A stretch of 64,000 nucleotides of DNA from assembly GCF_002571385.2 (NCBI RefSeq), contig NW_019217819.1, positions 44,273-108,272 on the forward strand, read 5' to 3'. This document shows, one piece after another, positions 1-12,600 of the stretch (its first letter is position 1; every line of letters begins with the position of its first letter). The notes under the pieces were generated by a model that was given only the letters and a program-made list of their open reading frames with translations, was not told the origin of the DNA and searched no databases. The translations under genes and the position numbers were made by a program. The DNA comes from Stylophora pistillata. Taxonomy: Eukaryota.

Positions 1-3000
1 GACACATCAAGATGATAGACTTTCGCTAGAGTGTATACGGACGGGTTTGGTCTCAGCTGCTGGTGATCACCAATTAAAATCAAATGTTGGGTGTTCTTCG
101 TCAAGGACGTTATGATATGAGCTTCGAGGACTTCTGCTGCTTCTTCAACGACGACTAGTGTCGGTTTAATCTCTTCCAGCAGGGCGCGGTACTTTGCTGC
201 ACCAGTTGTGGTCATTCCAATCACTACAGCATCTTTCAAGGCGTGCAGTTCTCCTTGGATTTTAATCTCTGTTAAGCGTTTGCAGATGTTCTCGTACTGC
301 TTATTCTTCTTTGAAATTTCCTCTTGACAGTTGGATTGAAACAATCTGAGCCAAAACAAATACAGCTTCCAGCGGTCCTCGAAGGGGAGGATCCAAACAT
401 CATCAATCTTGGAAAGTTGGGTCACAGTGAGGGGTTGAAGCTTGGATTCTCCTGCAAGAACTTTCAAATGATCTCTCGAGAGATTGGTGGGGCACTGTTT
501 CTCTTGTCCAGTGTTGTCCTGGATTTTTAGGAGTTGGAACTGATTCTCACCAAGCAAGCGCTGGTTTTGAATAATTTCAGCTTCTCTGTCTACTTCGATG
601 CTACCTTCTATTGCTTCCTTCGCTTCTTCATTGGAACTACTTTGCTTGGCAACGGATTCAGCGGTCTGAGTCTCATTCAATGAACTCCTCATCGCCACAG
701 TGTTTTGTTCCAGACCAAGCCAGCTTTCAAGGACTGATTTTCCTTGCAAGTTTAAAATGCTCTCTTTTGCTTTAAATTGGTTGAGGTGTTTCTGGGCGAC
801 AGAGCTTTGCAGGTCTGTCAGGCTGAGGATGTTTCGCTTACTGCGCGCCAGTCTGTTACGTGCTCTTTGTATGGCCTCTTGACATTTAAACATTTCTTGC
901 TTGACCCAGCGCTTGCTGTCGGAAGGCTTTGTGTGTTCTTGTAAGTTGTAGGCTTTAAGTAACTCTGAAGAACTTCGACCTCCAACTCTTATCACTCCCG
1001 TTTGTTGAAATTTTAGTACCCCTTCTAGAAACTGGTCCAGGGCGTGGTTTGTGTAACAAACCATCAACATGGTGGACTTCTTCTCCTCGTCCCAGGCATG
1101 CCTATTGTCTAAAAGTGCTCTCACAACCTTTAAACCGACGTATGTCTTACCTAGAGGAAACAGGGTAAAGAAACAATTAAAAGATGAAAAAACAGAACTT
1201 AAATATAGAAGAAAATTACTAGATGTGCTATTGATCAGCGCCTTGACAGGTGGGTGACCAGCTGGTGAGCTTTGGCTGAGGTCACTATGTCATGCTGCTC
1301 TGAGGCACACTTTCACAGTGCTAGTTCCCCGAAGACAGATGAAGGAGTTTGAAGTATTTTAAAGTAACTCATAAGGAAAGTTATAGAAAAATAGATCACC
1401 ATTGTAATCACCATTATTGTTTAAACGATTCTTGCGGCTTTAAAAACTCCAGCATGTTTTAGGGAAACACGCGTGAGGTTGGTCTAAAATTTCCCTTCTT
1501 TAATAGTTTATAGAAGGATATTTTAGTGATCAAGTTGCTTCGTTGGCCAATACAGCTCAATAAGCCTCAATACAGGCCCTTTTGAGGCTTTTAGAAGTTA
1601 AGACACTATCTACTTTTTTCTTTTTTTGGAGTGGTAGAGATGGAATTGACTTTACCTGTGCCTGGAGGACCTTGAATGACTGAGAACTCTTCCGTTAGGG
1701 CACCCTTCAACGCTTGAAATTGAGAATCGTTGAGTTTCACATCATCGACGTCAGGCCATGTCTTAGAATCGCAAACGGCCACTTTGTCTGCACCCTCGTG
1801 CACACTGAGAGTCTCCCTCAGGTCGTACCATACTTGTTTTTCGGATTTGAGGTATTGAGGAGGCTTGACATCGGGGTTACAATGGACCAAGTACTCTTGA
1901 AATGGAAACGTGTCAGAGGTAATCTGCTTTAGCTGTTGCAGAATGGGTCGATAGGCTTCAAAATAAGCTGGCGATTCCACCATTACATACTTATCATACA
2001 TCCTATGTGTACCCTCGAGACCGTCGAAAAACCGAATGTCCAGCCTTCCCGTCCGGAGTTCTTCTGGTTTGCGATTAGCTACTGTCGCAAATAGCATGGT
2101 TTCAAAATTATCCTTTGATAAGCAGAGGAATGAACCATACAGCAAACGCTTTGAATGCTCCCATGGTATCTTTCTGAGGTTCTTCATCTCCAGACGAATT
2201 CTATGAACAATTCCAGCCATTGTACAAACGGTGGTCATAATTTCGACATTTTCGTAAATGTACAAGTCTTGCGATCCAGTTTTCTTCGGAACCTTCTTCC
2301 TTATTTCGTTGATTCCCTCGCGCAGCGGGGCGACAAAATCCTCGCGAAGAAGGCGAAATTGTACATCTAAGTAATCATCTAGGTCTTTGTACTTCGCCAT
2401 TTTAACAGTTTTGTTTTGTCGCAGAAAGGGCCTCTCCTCTGAATTGATTTCAGTCTCACTCGGATAGATGGATATTTCTCTAAAGTCATTTGGCGGGGGT
2501 GGCTCCACGTCTTGTTTAACTTTCGGCCATTTCGTTGCTTGTTCCATTTTTCGCTCCTTTCCGATTTGCTCGCGTCTTTTAAGAATAAGCGTTTCCACCT
2601 CTTTCTTGTAGTCTTCAACCTCTTTCAAATCAAATTCGTTTAGAGCTCCACTGAGTTTATCGATCGGAACGTCGTAACAGGAGTTGGGGAGTTTGGCAAG
2701 CCATTCCTTGAAAAAAGTTATCAAGCATTCCACTAGTACAGAAAATTGACCTGAATCCATCTCCTCTTGTATAAACGGGAGACTTAAGATGTAATTTGGC
2801 AAATGAGTGTGCATAAGGGCAGATCCCTTGCAGATAGACAACACTTCGATCAGATTCTGGATCATCATAGTGTTGCACATTTTGCCCAGGATTTCCACAA
2901 GCAGGGTCATCCAATCTTCTTGGATAACATCAGCGTTTACCAACAATTCAAAGCTGTCGCGACACTGTAGGAGGGCTACTGCCATCTCCGATGGTTCCAT

Positions 3001-4466
3001 AGACCTTATCTCTTTCAGTTTTCGATAACCAAGATGTGGACCTCTTTGCCTACCCCTGTGTGGTCTTTGTTGATGTCGATCTCCACCGAAAGAACCTTAG
3101 AGGTGATAATTAACAAAGAAAATTTTAGAATAAACCAGCTATTCTTTGGGAAAACGTTCCTTTCTGTTCTGATTGCTAATGCTTTTATGCATCCAAAAAA
3201 AAAATAATATTAACTATTTCAATGCTATGTTTGTGAACTGTATATCTCTTGGATAACAAAAATTTAAGAGGCTCTGCTTTTTGATTGTGCAAAGAGAATT
3301 TACAGCTCCAATTCTTGATACATTAATCAAAGTTAGCAACACTTGATGAAATAAATCAAGGTAAATGAACGTTGTTTTTATTCATGCCTGTAGAGTATTT
3401 CTCACTATGAGGTGAATTGAGATCACAGCTTTTTATTTAGTTGTGCATCAAATTCAATAACGTAACTGTCACGCAAGATATAAATTTCGAGCATGAGTTC
3501 TTTAAAGTTGAGATGTATTTTAAAAAAATTGAAGTACCTGACTCGTCTTGGGGTTTTTAGCAACTTATGAAGGACTATTTGTAATTTCAGAAGTCCCATA
3601 GTGAATCGAAATCACTGAGGCTGAAATTTGCGTATGTAATTTTAGTCCTCGTTCGTTAGACCACTGACCAAAGTAGAAATTGCAAAATATTTTTCCAGCA
3701 ACGACACCTCAGCTTTTAACCTTCCTTTTTCAATTGTGAATAGATACATGCAGAACATAGCGCACTTTATCGGTGTGCAATCTGTGTATTTGTTTGATTG
3801 CAAGATTCACCAAACACAAGTATGTTTACATGTAAATTCACATTTGAAATATCACAATATCAGACACAGACACGACCCATCCACTTCCTGTTTTTAGTCT
3901 CCTAATCAAAACAGCCACGCCAAATATAATATTTCTGCTGGAACCAAGGTCTCCTTGATTCAGGGCTGACATCGATTGATGCATGAGTTCCTAAAACTTT
4001 CTTTTAAGTAATATTGTCACATTAAATCAAACCGATTGGAAAGTTCCGTGATGAGCTTAACACGATATACCTTTTTTCTTCTTCTAAATGCTTACATCAA
4101 TAAAGAATTGTCGCATTAACATTTGAATCGACGATGAATGTAGCACGTGCAATATTCATTCTTGTTGGTATAAGCAAAACACATCTTAATCAGGAATCAA
4201 GGGAATAGCTTAGGATCAGTGGAGTAAATTTCTTAACAATTGCCCTCTGAAAACCCAAAAGGGATTTGTTGTCACGTAATCAAAAGTTCAGATCTACTGA
4301 ACAAGATATAATTATGTAGACTGGGCTAGTATGAGACGGAATTCTCCTCTTTAAAGCGAGTTATGATCCTACCTTCTCCTGCGTTTGGAGCTGTACCTCT
4401 TCCTCTGCCTCCTCTACCTCCTCTACCACCACGGCTTCCTCTTCCACCAAAACGACCTCTATCCAT
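1..4466 (-). CDS. ZNFX1: ZNFX1-like helicase, copy A (3'-partial). Exons 4466-4373, 3095-1656, 1150-<1
   Basis: The spliced frame is continuous through GT-AG phase-1 introns. It reads MDRGRFGGRGSRGGRGG..., PPNDFR..YLDVQFRLLREDF, Q-motif LNDSQ, Walker A GPPGT/GKT (split by intron 1151-1655), CYTNHALDQFLE, Walker B VEEAAE and LIGDHQQLRP, and is still open at position 1. Confidence 0.92.
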
Positions 4467-4549
4467 GACACGAGATATTCAATCTGTGGTACAAATTATA
4501 TCTCCTGTTGAAAGGCAACAATTTTTGGAAAGATCAGCATAGATTTACG

Positions 4550-4670
4550 ATTTCGAAAGCGAAATAAGTCGACAACAAAGTATGTCAGCTATGTTGTTTG
4601 TCGTTTCGCGGAAAAAGAGGAAGTGTTCGCAGGAATGGTTACCAATGCAGAACTTGGTGTGATTGGTCAA
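4550..4670. promoter_or_regulatory. Copy A 5' regulatory cluster: ISRE/IRF-like, GAS/STAT-like, ETS and CCAAT motifs
   Basis: GAAAGCGAAA at 4555-4564, TTCGCGGAA at 4605-4613, AAAGAGGAAGTG at ~4614-4625, TTCGCAGGAA at 4626-4635 and CCAAT on both strands, all 90-200 bp from the ATG at 4466. Motif matches only. Confidence 0.5.
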
Positions 4671-4836
4671 TGTTAACAAAGCTGTCTGGGTAAGCCTCGG
4701 TCGGATTTATCGCACGGGAATATATTTTTCAGGGGATTGACGGAATGGAAGAGAAAACAAACTTCGCCAAACAGAAGAAGATTCAGGGCTACATGCAGGC
4801 TATACAACAAGTGTGTATGGGCATATTTCTTGATAA

Positions 4837-4871
4837 AGTGGTAATACAGTGGTAATACAGTGGTAATACAG
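4837..4871. repeat. 11-bp tandem repeat (AGTGGTAATAC)x3
   Basis: Read directly from the sequence, in the A/B divergent intergenic region. Confidence 0.9.
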
Positions 4872-5269
4872 CCACACAAATTATCCGTCTTTCCTTACAG
4901 ACATGAAACAGTTCACAACTTTGGCTGAACTGTTTTGTGAGACCAAAATATCAATAGTTAACCTAAGAGGTGCAAAAGTAAACGTTTTCGTGGACCAGTC
5001 CGTCACTTGGTCCACGGGTCCGGTCCATAGCAGGGATCCACGAACAGGGAGCAGTATTATCCGGTCGTTCAGTCTTTCTTAGCTACCTCATAGAAGCCAT
5101 AACTCAGCCCAAATATAAAATCACTTTGTTCAAAGCATTTATATCAGTTTGACTTCTTACTTCCACTTGAAATGACTAAATGATGAAATTTGTTAAATTC
5201 ATCCATTTTGATCACCTTTTGACCAGATAATATCTTTTTTGTTCTCGAAAGAATGAAACAAGCGCATTC

Positions 5270-5570
5270 CTACAACGATCCGTTGTCCATTCCAGTTCTT
5301 TCATATAGCTTTTCCCAGAAAGATATGAATCTCATTAAGATCAGACCATTTTCCGAGAATTTAAGCAGCCAAGTTATTATCCGAGAAAGCAAACATTTCC
5401 TCGGCTGTTCTCTACTGGAAACCTTTGATATTTCCCCGTTTACCAGAATCTGAACAAGTGGAAATTAAAGCTGTCGTTCCCGGAAGTTAAATTTCAGATT
5501 TTAGCTGCGTACCTAAGTGAGGTAAGGGAATATTATCAACTTTAATTCTTCAGGTTTCACCGTTTGGCTT
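5270..5570 (+). promoter_or_regulatory. Copy B promoter block with three GAS/STAT sites and a probable non-coding first exon donor
   Basis: TTCCCAGAA at 5312-5320, TTCCGAGAA at 5351-5359, TTCCCGGAA at 5477-5485 and AG|GTAAGG at ~5521. The block aligns with 19860-20090 and 46300-46580. Confidence 0.65.
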
Positions 5571-6698
5571 AGAACTTCCGAATTTGCATTACGGAGAACA
5601 GCTGTGTCTGTGTCATGGAAAGGAGAAAAGTTCCCGATCATAGGTATCCTTACAATTTTCATCAAATGAATAAACATGATTTTCGATCAATAGGACGTAT
5701 TCCAGGTTGAAATTTTGCGTTTGTCGTCAACTCGCCCGTTCATCTACAAGTTAAGTGAGTTTGCCTTTAAAACGGATCAGCTGCAGTGATTGTTAGTTCT
5801 TCTAAAACTACATGCTCCATTATTTTTCTATAAATAAGCTGTTGTCTTTGTATTGTTTTTAACATTCAAATTAGCTTAAGTTCTGTTACGTAAATGATGT
5901 GCCAATGTATATCTCACTAGTCAGAACATAAAGGTGCCCTTGTGAATTTCGATTACAAACTGAGTATTTTACTCTGTATTTCCGTCTGTGTTTAGACAGA
6001 TCTTTCGTCGAGGGTTTTACTATCACACGATTTTCCAACTTTGAAAACACAGAATGTTTGTCTATACGCCACGCCACCTAAGCCGTCTAAATTTTATAGT
6101 GCTACGGAATGTGTGCACTGAATCACCTAAAAGCGGTGCTGGCACCTTCAGGCCCAGAAGATTCTATCATTTGGGCTCCTGAGATACCAGGGGTCACGTT
6201 TCAGATAAATTGATATAACTGTCGAAGCTGCATCTCTAAAGAACAGAGATAAACAGGTCTATGCTGCCTTACTAAGCACAAATTAAAATTCATCAAAAAA
6301 CTGGAATTGAGAACGTTGTTTAATCGACGAGCATACCTACGCAATTTCACGTGGGTTTCAAACATATTAGGCTGCAAATGTCGAGGATAATTTCACTCAG
6401 ACCAAATTTATTCGAAGCATTAAACAAGGAAAATCCTCGAGTATTATTCAAGAACGAACAGATCCTCATTTTAATCCCACAAAAAAAGAATTTGTAAAAG
6501 TGCACTTAATTAAGTTGTCAAGATCCAACCTATTCCCATATGGTCGAGTATTTGTAACTGATTCACTTTCATGTGTTTATTCAGATGACTTGAACATTAT
6601 TGTTTCATTCTAATACTTCTAATCCACGCTATTATTGTAAAAGTTTTTACAATAACTGCACGACTTTTAAAAATCGCTAATCTTTTCCCTTAGGCACC

Positions 6699-9600
6699 AT
6701 GCCATGGAAGAAAGGAAGGCGTAAGAAAGATTCCAAAGGTAACTGAACGCATGACTCTCTTACTAAATCTTCATAGAGAACACGTTGAATGAGCGCTATG
6801 GCCTTCAGAAAAGCAGAAGCAAACCCTGCTTTCACTTCTGGAACCATTTCCATTCCGTTAGCAAATAAATTAGTGACAGGTGGCAAAGAGCTGAAATTTG
6901 AATCACAGCCAAATCAACCAACATTAGTACTGCAAAGGATGACAAAAAATGGGAAAAGGATTTAACAAATGGACATGAATACGTTTTGCAATGTTTAATA
7001 TTTCAGTGGCGCGCGTGTAATTCCACATACATACATTTACATACATTTTTATTTTGTAGAATACCTTGAGACAAGTTACCATTGCTACACAAGTGGCATA
7101 TAACTAACTCTTCTTCCTGGAAAACTACATTTGTGTATAAAACAGTATATTTCTTTCGTAACGTACAAAACGTAACCGAGAGTAAATAAGAGAAGAGTGC
7201 AAATTAAAGTGGTAGCTCTTCGACCTACTCCTTTTTACAGGGGCTTACATTTGTCATCCAATCATATATGAATTGTTACCTGCAAGCTAAATTAGGCAAA
7301 CAAGAAACTAAAAATGGAAATTAGATCTTTACTCGTAGCCATAACGAGGTTAAACGTTTCTATGAATATCAGTTTAACTTCTTTACATATTTAGAGTCAG
7401 ACGAAACAGAACAAAGACCACCCTTACCTAAAACACCAGGAGCTCACCCCTCCGAACAAAGAGCAGGTGCAAGTGGAGCAACTGCTGATGAAATACCAGG
7501 TACACGGATGGTTTCCGTGGTATACAATTGCAATCAACCCTCTTAGGGTTACATAAGAATGTCGCAGTTTCTCGAGACAAATTTACCTACATCCAATTTG
7601 TTTTTTTTGTTGTTGTTGCCATGAGTTTATGAGTGCGTTCCGTTGATTTATTGATTTGTTTTTTTGCTGTTATTATTACTTGCTTTGACTGATGGGTACG
7701 GCAGAGTTCTTTAATATCTGCCGATAGCTTTACCTACTCAGGTTGTCCTTTACCAGCAGTCCGCTGTAATACTTTAAGTTTCAATTGATTGTGATCGTCT
7801 GATTTTAGATGGCAACTCGAGGAACTTTGGACGAGGTCACAGAGGGTGGAACAGATCAAAACCTTGGGAAAGTAAAAATGAAGGATTCAGGGTACCGTCT
7901 CGTGGAAGAGGAGGAGTTAATCAAGGTCAGTTAGGGGAGAGAGAGTTATGTGTTCCTAACCATAACGTGATGCCTCGAGCAAGTGGCGTCATAATTCTTT
8001 TGGTACTCGCGAAATCGATGTTTCTAAGCACCAAACTCGTCATAGTGTTTTAATTTTCGTTCTATTAAAACACGTTACCCCCTGCATTGCAAATGATGGG
8101 ATAACTGATACCTTTAACTTGCCGACATAATGCTTTTAAATTCCGACTTCTTACCAAACAGAGACGTTCAAAGTACAACGGCCAGGAAGAGTAACCCCTG
8201 TGAGAAGAGATCGAAAGCCCAGGGCACAACACTATACTCGTGGTAAGTTTCAAGCTGGACAATTTCATTTCCTGGAGCTGAAACCATTAAAGGACATGGA
8301 TTCCACTGAGGTGGTTAGCGTCTTAAATGAGAGTATGGCCCGTCTCAAATATTTTCTGAGGTCTGATGAGGAAGAGCACAACAGTGATGAGTTCATCATG
8401 GATCTCACCTACACACTAGCAAATGCTTGCAGCGCACCACCAAGTGAGAAAACAAACAAGATTCTATCCTCCCTTAAAGGCTCAGTCTTCTTTAGCTCCA
8501 AGATTCCACGTTTGTTAGATCGCATACAGGGGTCAACAACCTTGCACGATCAAGAATCTCGAAAACAACTTATTCAGTGGTTGATTGTAGTGTTTGGGAA
8601 GTATTTGAGGCACTTGCCGAGTTCCTATGCCGATCTGCCTTACGATCAATTGAAACGAGCTTTGGAACAGTCCAACATTGATGGAAAGGATAAACTCCAA
8701 AATGATTTGCAGGCTTTTAACCACGCTAGAGACGACATCATAAGGGCTGAAAGACAGAAGCATGGAAAACGCTACATCAACAAGGCAGGGCAAAAGCCAC
8801 CTAACGATTTCAGAGACATACCGGTTTGTCCCACTAGCAAAGAAATCAGAACTCAAGAACGACCCTTCCTGCGAAAGAATATCACTAAAGGGAGGTATGA
8901 CGATGCCGAGCACTACCTGGATGTGCAATTTCGACTTCTCAGGGAAGACTTCCTTGAGCCACTTAGAGAAGGCATACCCGAAATTGTCCAAAATGTACCA
9001 AGAAGACAGCGGAAACAGTTGATGAGAAGTTACCCGGGAGCAAGAATCGTCGACAAGACTTTTACGCCGTCTGGAATAACGTACAAAGTACAATTTGATA
9101 CCTCGAAATTCGATACCAGAAAGTGGGCACACTCAAAACGTCTTATTTTTGGCTCATTCCTTTGTCTTTCTAAAGATAACTTTGAGAACATGCTTTTCGC
9201 CACGGTCTGTAACCGAGAACCATGGGAACTGGTGAAAGGAAAAATTGAAATTCGCTTTATTGAGGGGCAAGATGTGTTTGGAATAGAAAATTGGAAATGT
9301 GATTATCAAATGGTTGAGTCACCCGCTTACTTTGAAGCGTACCGTCATGTTCTTACAGGTCTAAAGGAATTGGATGAAGTTACCATGCCCTTCAAGAAAT
9401 ATCTGGTCGAATGCAGTGAAGAAGTCAATCCACCAGAGTATCTGAGGCGCGAGGATACTCAACACTCGGTGTGTTATGATCTTCGTTTGGCTTTGGATGT
9501 ACCGGAGTTGGCAAACGTTAGTGCGGTGCCTATTCTGATGCCTGAAGCGTGGCCCTCAGTTGAGATGCTTCCCCTTAACGATTCACAGCTTGAAGCCTTG

Positions 9601-12600
9601 AAAACGGCTCTTACAACAGAGTTTTCGGTAATTCAAGGCCCGCCTGGAACGGGGAAGACGTATGTTGGAGCCAAAATTGTGCGATGTTTACTTGAAAACC
9701 GAGAAACTTGGGACCCCGAAAGAATTTCGCCAATGCTCATGGTGTGTTACACAAATCATGCTTTAGATCAGTTCCTCGAGAAAGTGTTGGAATTTCTCCC
9801 CAAGAAGGAAATCATTCGTGTCGGAGGAAGATGCAAAAGTCAACAACTTGAAGAGTGTAACCTGAAGCTATTTACTCGTAAATACAAGATGTATGCAAGA
9901 AGAGACGAGCTTAGAGAGATAATTGACAAGAAATATATCGAAAGGACCCAGTGGAGAGAATTGCTTGCAAAAGCTGACAAAGTCCTTTTAGAATTCGAAG
10001 ACTTGGAAGAATTACTGAACGCAGAGCACATAGAGCAGCTATACAATGCCGTTTTCCCCCACAATGCTGCAGGCGAATGCCGAACTCCGAGCAACACTTT
10101 CAAACTGTGGTTGTGCAATAACATGGAGATGAACTCATCCAATCAACAGTCAAAGAGCAAGGAAAGTGAGCTGAAAATCTCCGAAGAAATATTAGTCCTC
10201 CCAGACAACGACGGAGGAAAAGATGATAGCGCTTCTTGGGACTACACATCGTTGGCAACGTCACTGGATTTGGACCAAAGTAACAGCAACAATCAACTTA
10301 CAGTTGAGACTGGAAGCTCGACACTGTCCTCAGTATCTACCGCTGGAAACACCACACTAGAGAAACCTGATGAGACTGATGCATCAAACGTCTCAGTTGG
10401 TAATCCCAAGTTCAACAAAGACTTCAGTTCAGGCCTGAGAGAATTCATGGAAACGCCTCTTAAAGAAACCATACGAGAAGGCATTTCAGGTCAAAATAGC
10501 GGCACGTTGGCTGCATCAGGAGCTTTTCAAGCCATTTCAGACGCAAAGAATGTGCCAGCGTTAAAATCACCGAAGGAATCAAATGAAGGAGAAGACAACC
10601 CTCAGGTTGAGAATCGTCAAACTTTGACTGATAGCCATAAAGAAAGTGCCGAAGAAATAACAGACGTTTTTGAAGAGAAAATTGCAGTAGAGAAGGAAGC
10701 TGATTTGATTCAAGATCAAAGACGCATTCACGGAGAAGAAGAATTTCTGCAGGTAATGTCGCAAAAGGCAGGAGAACTTAGTCAAAACTGTGATGATAAA
10801 GGCGAAATTCCTGACCACGAAGAGGGATGGGAAGTGGTAACCTACAGAAAGAAAGGGAAAAAACTCTTTGCGTGGAAGCAGGCAGTGGATGCACATCCCA
10901 AAGAGGAGATGGAAAACGTTACAAATGCCGACGATACTAATCAAACAAAACCTTCAAGAAAAAAGAAAAGGAAAAAAAGAAACAAGAACAAGAAGAGCAC
11001 AGTCACAATAACAGCAGACATAGGATCAGTAAAAACGGATCTGGAAAAAGTATCGACGATGTCAAACGATGAAGCGATGACCATTGAGAACATCTGGTTG
11101 CTATCCCCATCAGATCGACTTCGACTGTACCTTTCGTGGGTAGAAAGCTACCGTGAACGCTACCGAGTAGAAGTCATCAGAAGCGAACAGGAATATGAAC
11201 AACTTTGCCAACAGTTCGAGGGAGTCAGATTTGAAGAGGAGAAAGAAGTCATGCGTCGGGCAACAGTTGTTGGTATGACAACCAGCGGCGCAGCGCGGTA
11301 TCACTCAGTGCTACAGAGAATTGCTCCCCAAATCGTTGTCATCGAAGAAGCAGCAGAGGTTATGGAAGCCCACATCATTACTTCTCTGTCGGCCAACACA
11401 AAGCATACGATTCTAATAGGAGACCATAAGCAACTCCGTCCGAAGGCAACAGTCTACGAACTAGCCCAAAAATACAATCTTGAGATATCACTGTTCGAAA
11501 GAATGGTCATGAACAGTATGGATTGTAAGCGTCTGGCCATACAACATCGTATGCGTCCTGAGATTGCCGAATTAACGAAGAGGATATATGATCACGAGAT
11601 TGTCGACCATAGATCAGTCTGCGAGTTTGAAGACATCGCTGGTGTAAAATGCAACCTGTTCTTTATTGATCATTGCGAGCCTGAAAAACTGGAAGGTGGG
11701 CTACAAAGTTACTCCAATTCGCACGAAGCTGACTTCTTGGTTGCCCTCTGCAAATACCTTATAATTCACGGATACCAGCGGAGCCAAATAACACTTCTAA
11801 CCATGTATACCGGCCAGTTGCTACTTCTTCAAGAAAAGATGCCGAAAAAAACTTTTGGAGGAATTAGGGTCTGTGCAGTGGACAATTTTCAAGGTGAAGA
11901 AAATGACATCATCCTCCTATCATTGGTGAGAAGCAATTCAGAACGTAAGATTGGTTTCCTGGGAGATTCAAACAGAATATGCGTTGCATTATCAAGAGCC
12001 CGAAAAGGATTTTACTGCATTGGAAATTTCAGCTTGTTGAAAGGCCAGTGTAAGCTGTGGAAGGAAATTTGTGATCATCTTCAAACAAAGAATGCTGTCG
12101 GGAAGTCACTGCCAATTGTTTGTAAGAAGCACAAACATGAGACCGAGGTTAGTTCTTCAAGTGACTTCGACATTCACGGAGGTTGCAAAATGCCCTGTGA
12201 CTACCGACTCAAATGTGGTCATGCCTGTGACAGACCATGCCATGCCTATGACATGGCTCATGAAAACTGTCAATGTACCAAGTTTTGCCTCACGTCGTGC
12301 CCAAACGAACACCAGTGTAAAGACAGGTGTCATTATCCCAGAAAATGTCGCCCATGCCATATCAAGGTGTTAAAGACAATTCCTCAATGTGGTCATGAAC
12401 AATCAGTTCCCTGCAGCACCGACCCGGTGACATTTTCTTGTAGAGAAAACTGCAAGAAGATTCTGCCTTGTGGACATGAAAAAACGCTTCTGTGTTATCA
12501 AGATCCTACTGTGTATAACTGGTGTGATACGATCTGCACTAAGGTTCTGAACTGTGGTCATTCTTGTTCCATGAGATGTATGGACCCCTGTCAATGTACC

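Noticed and set aside
1606-1655. C-terminus VNSISTTPKKEKSR of the 464-aa ORF, suggesting a truncated helicase
   Set aside because: It is read-through into an intron. The frame resumes at 1150 with KTYVG.
5615-5643. ATGGAAAGG...CATAG|GT as the start exon of copy B
   Set aside because: The donor is phase 2, unlike the phase-1 chain. The 6699 ATG matches the start context of copy C. It remains possible as a uORF or minor exon.
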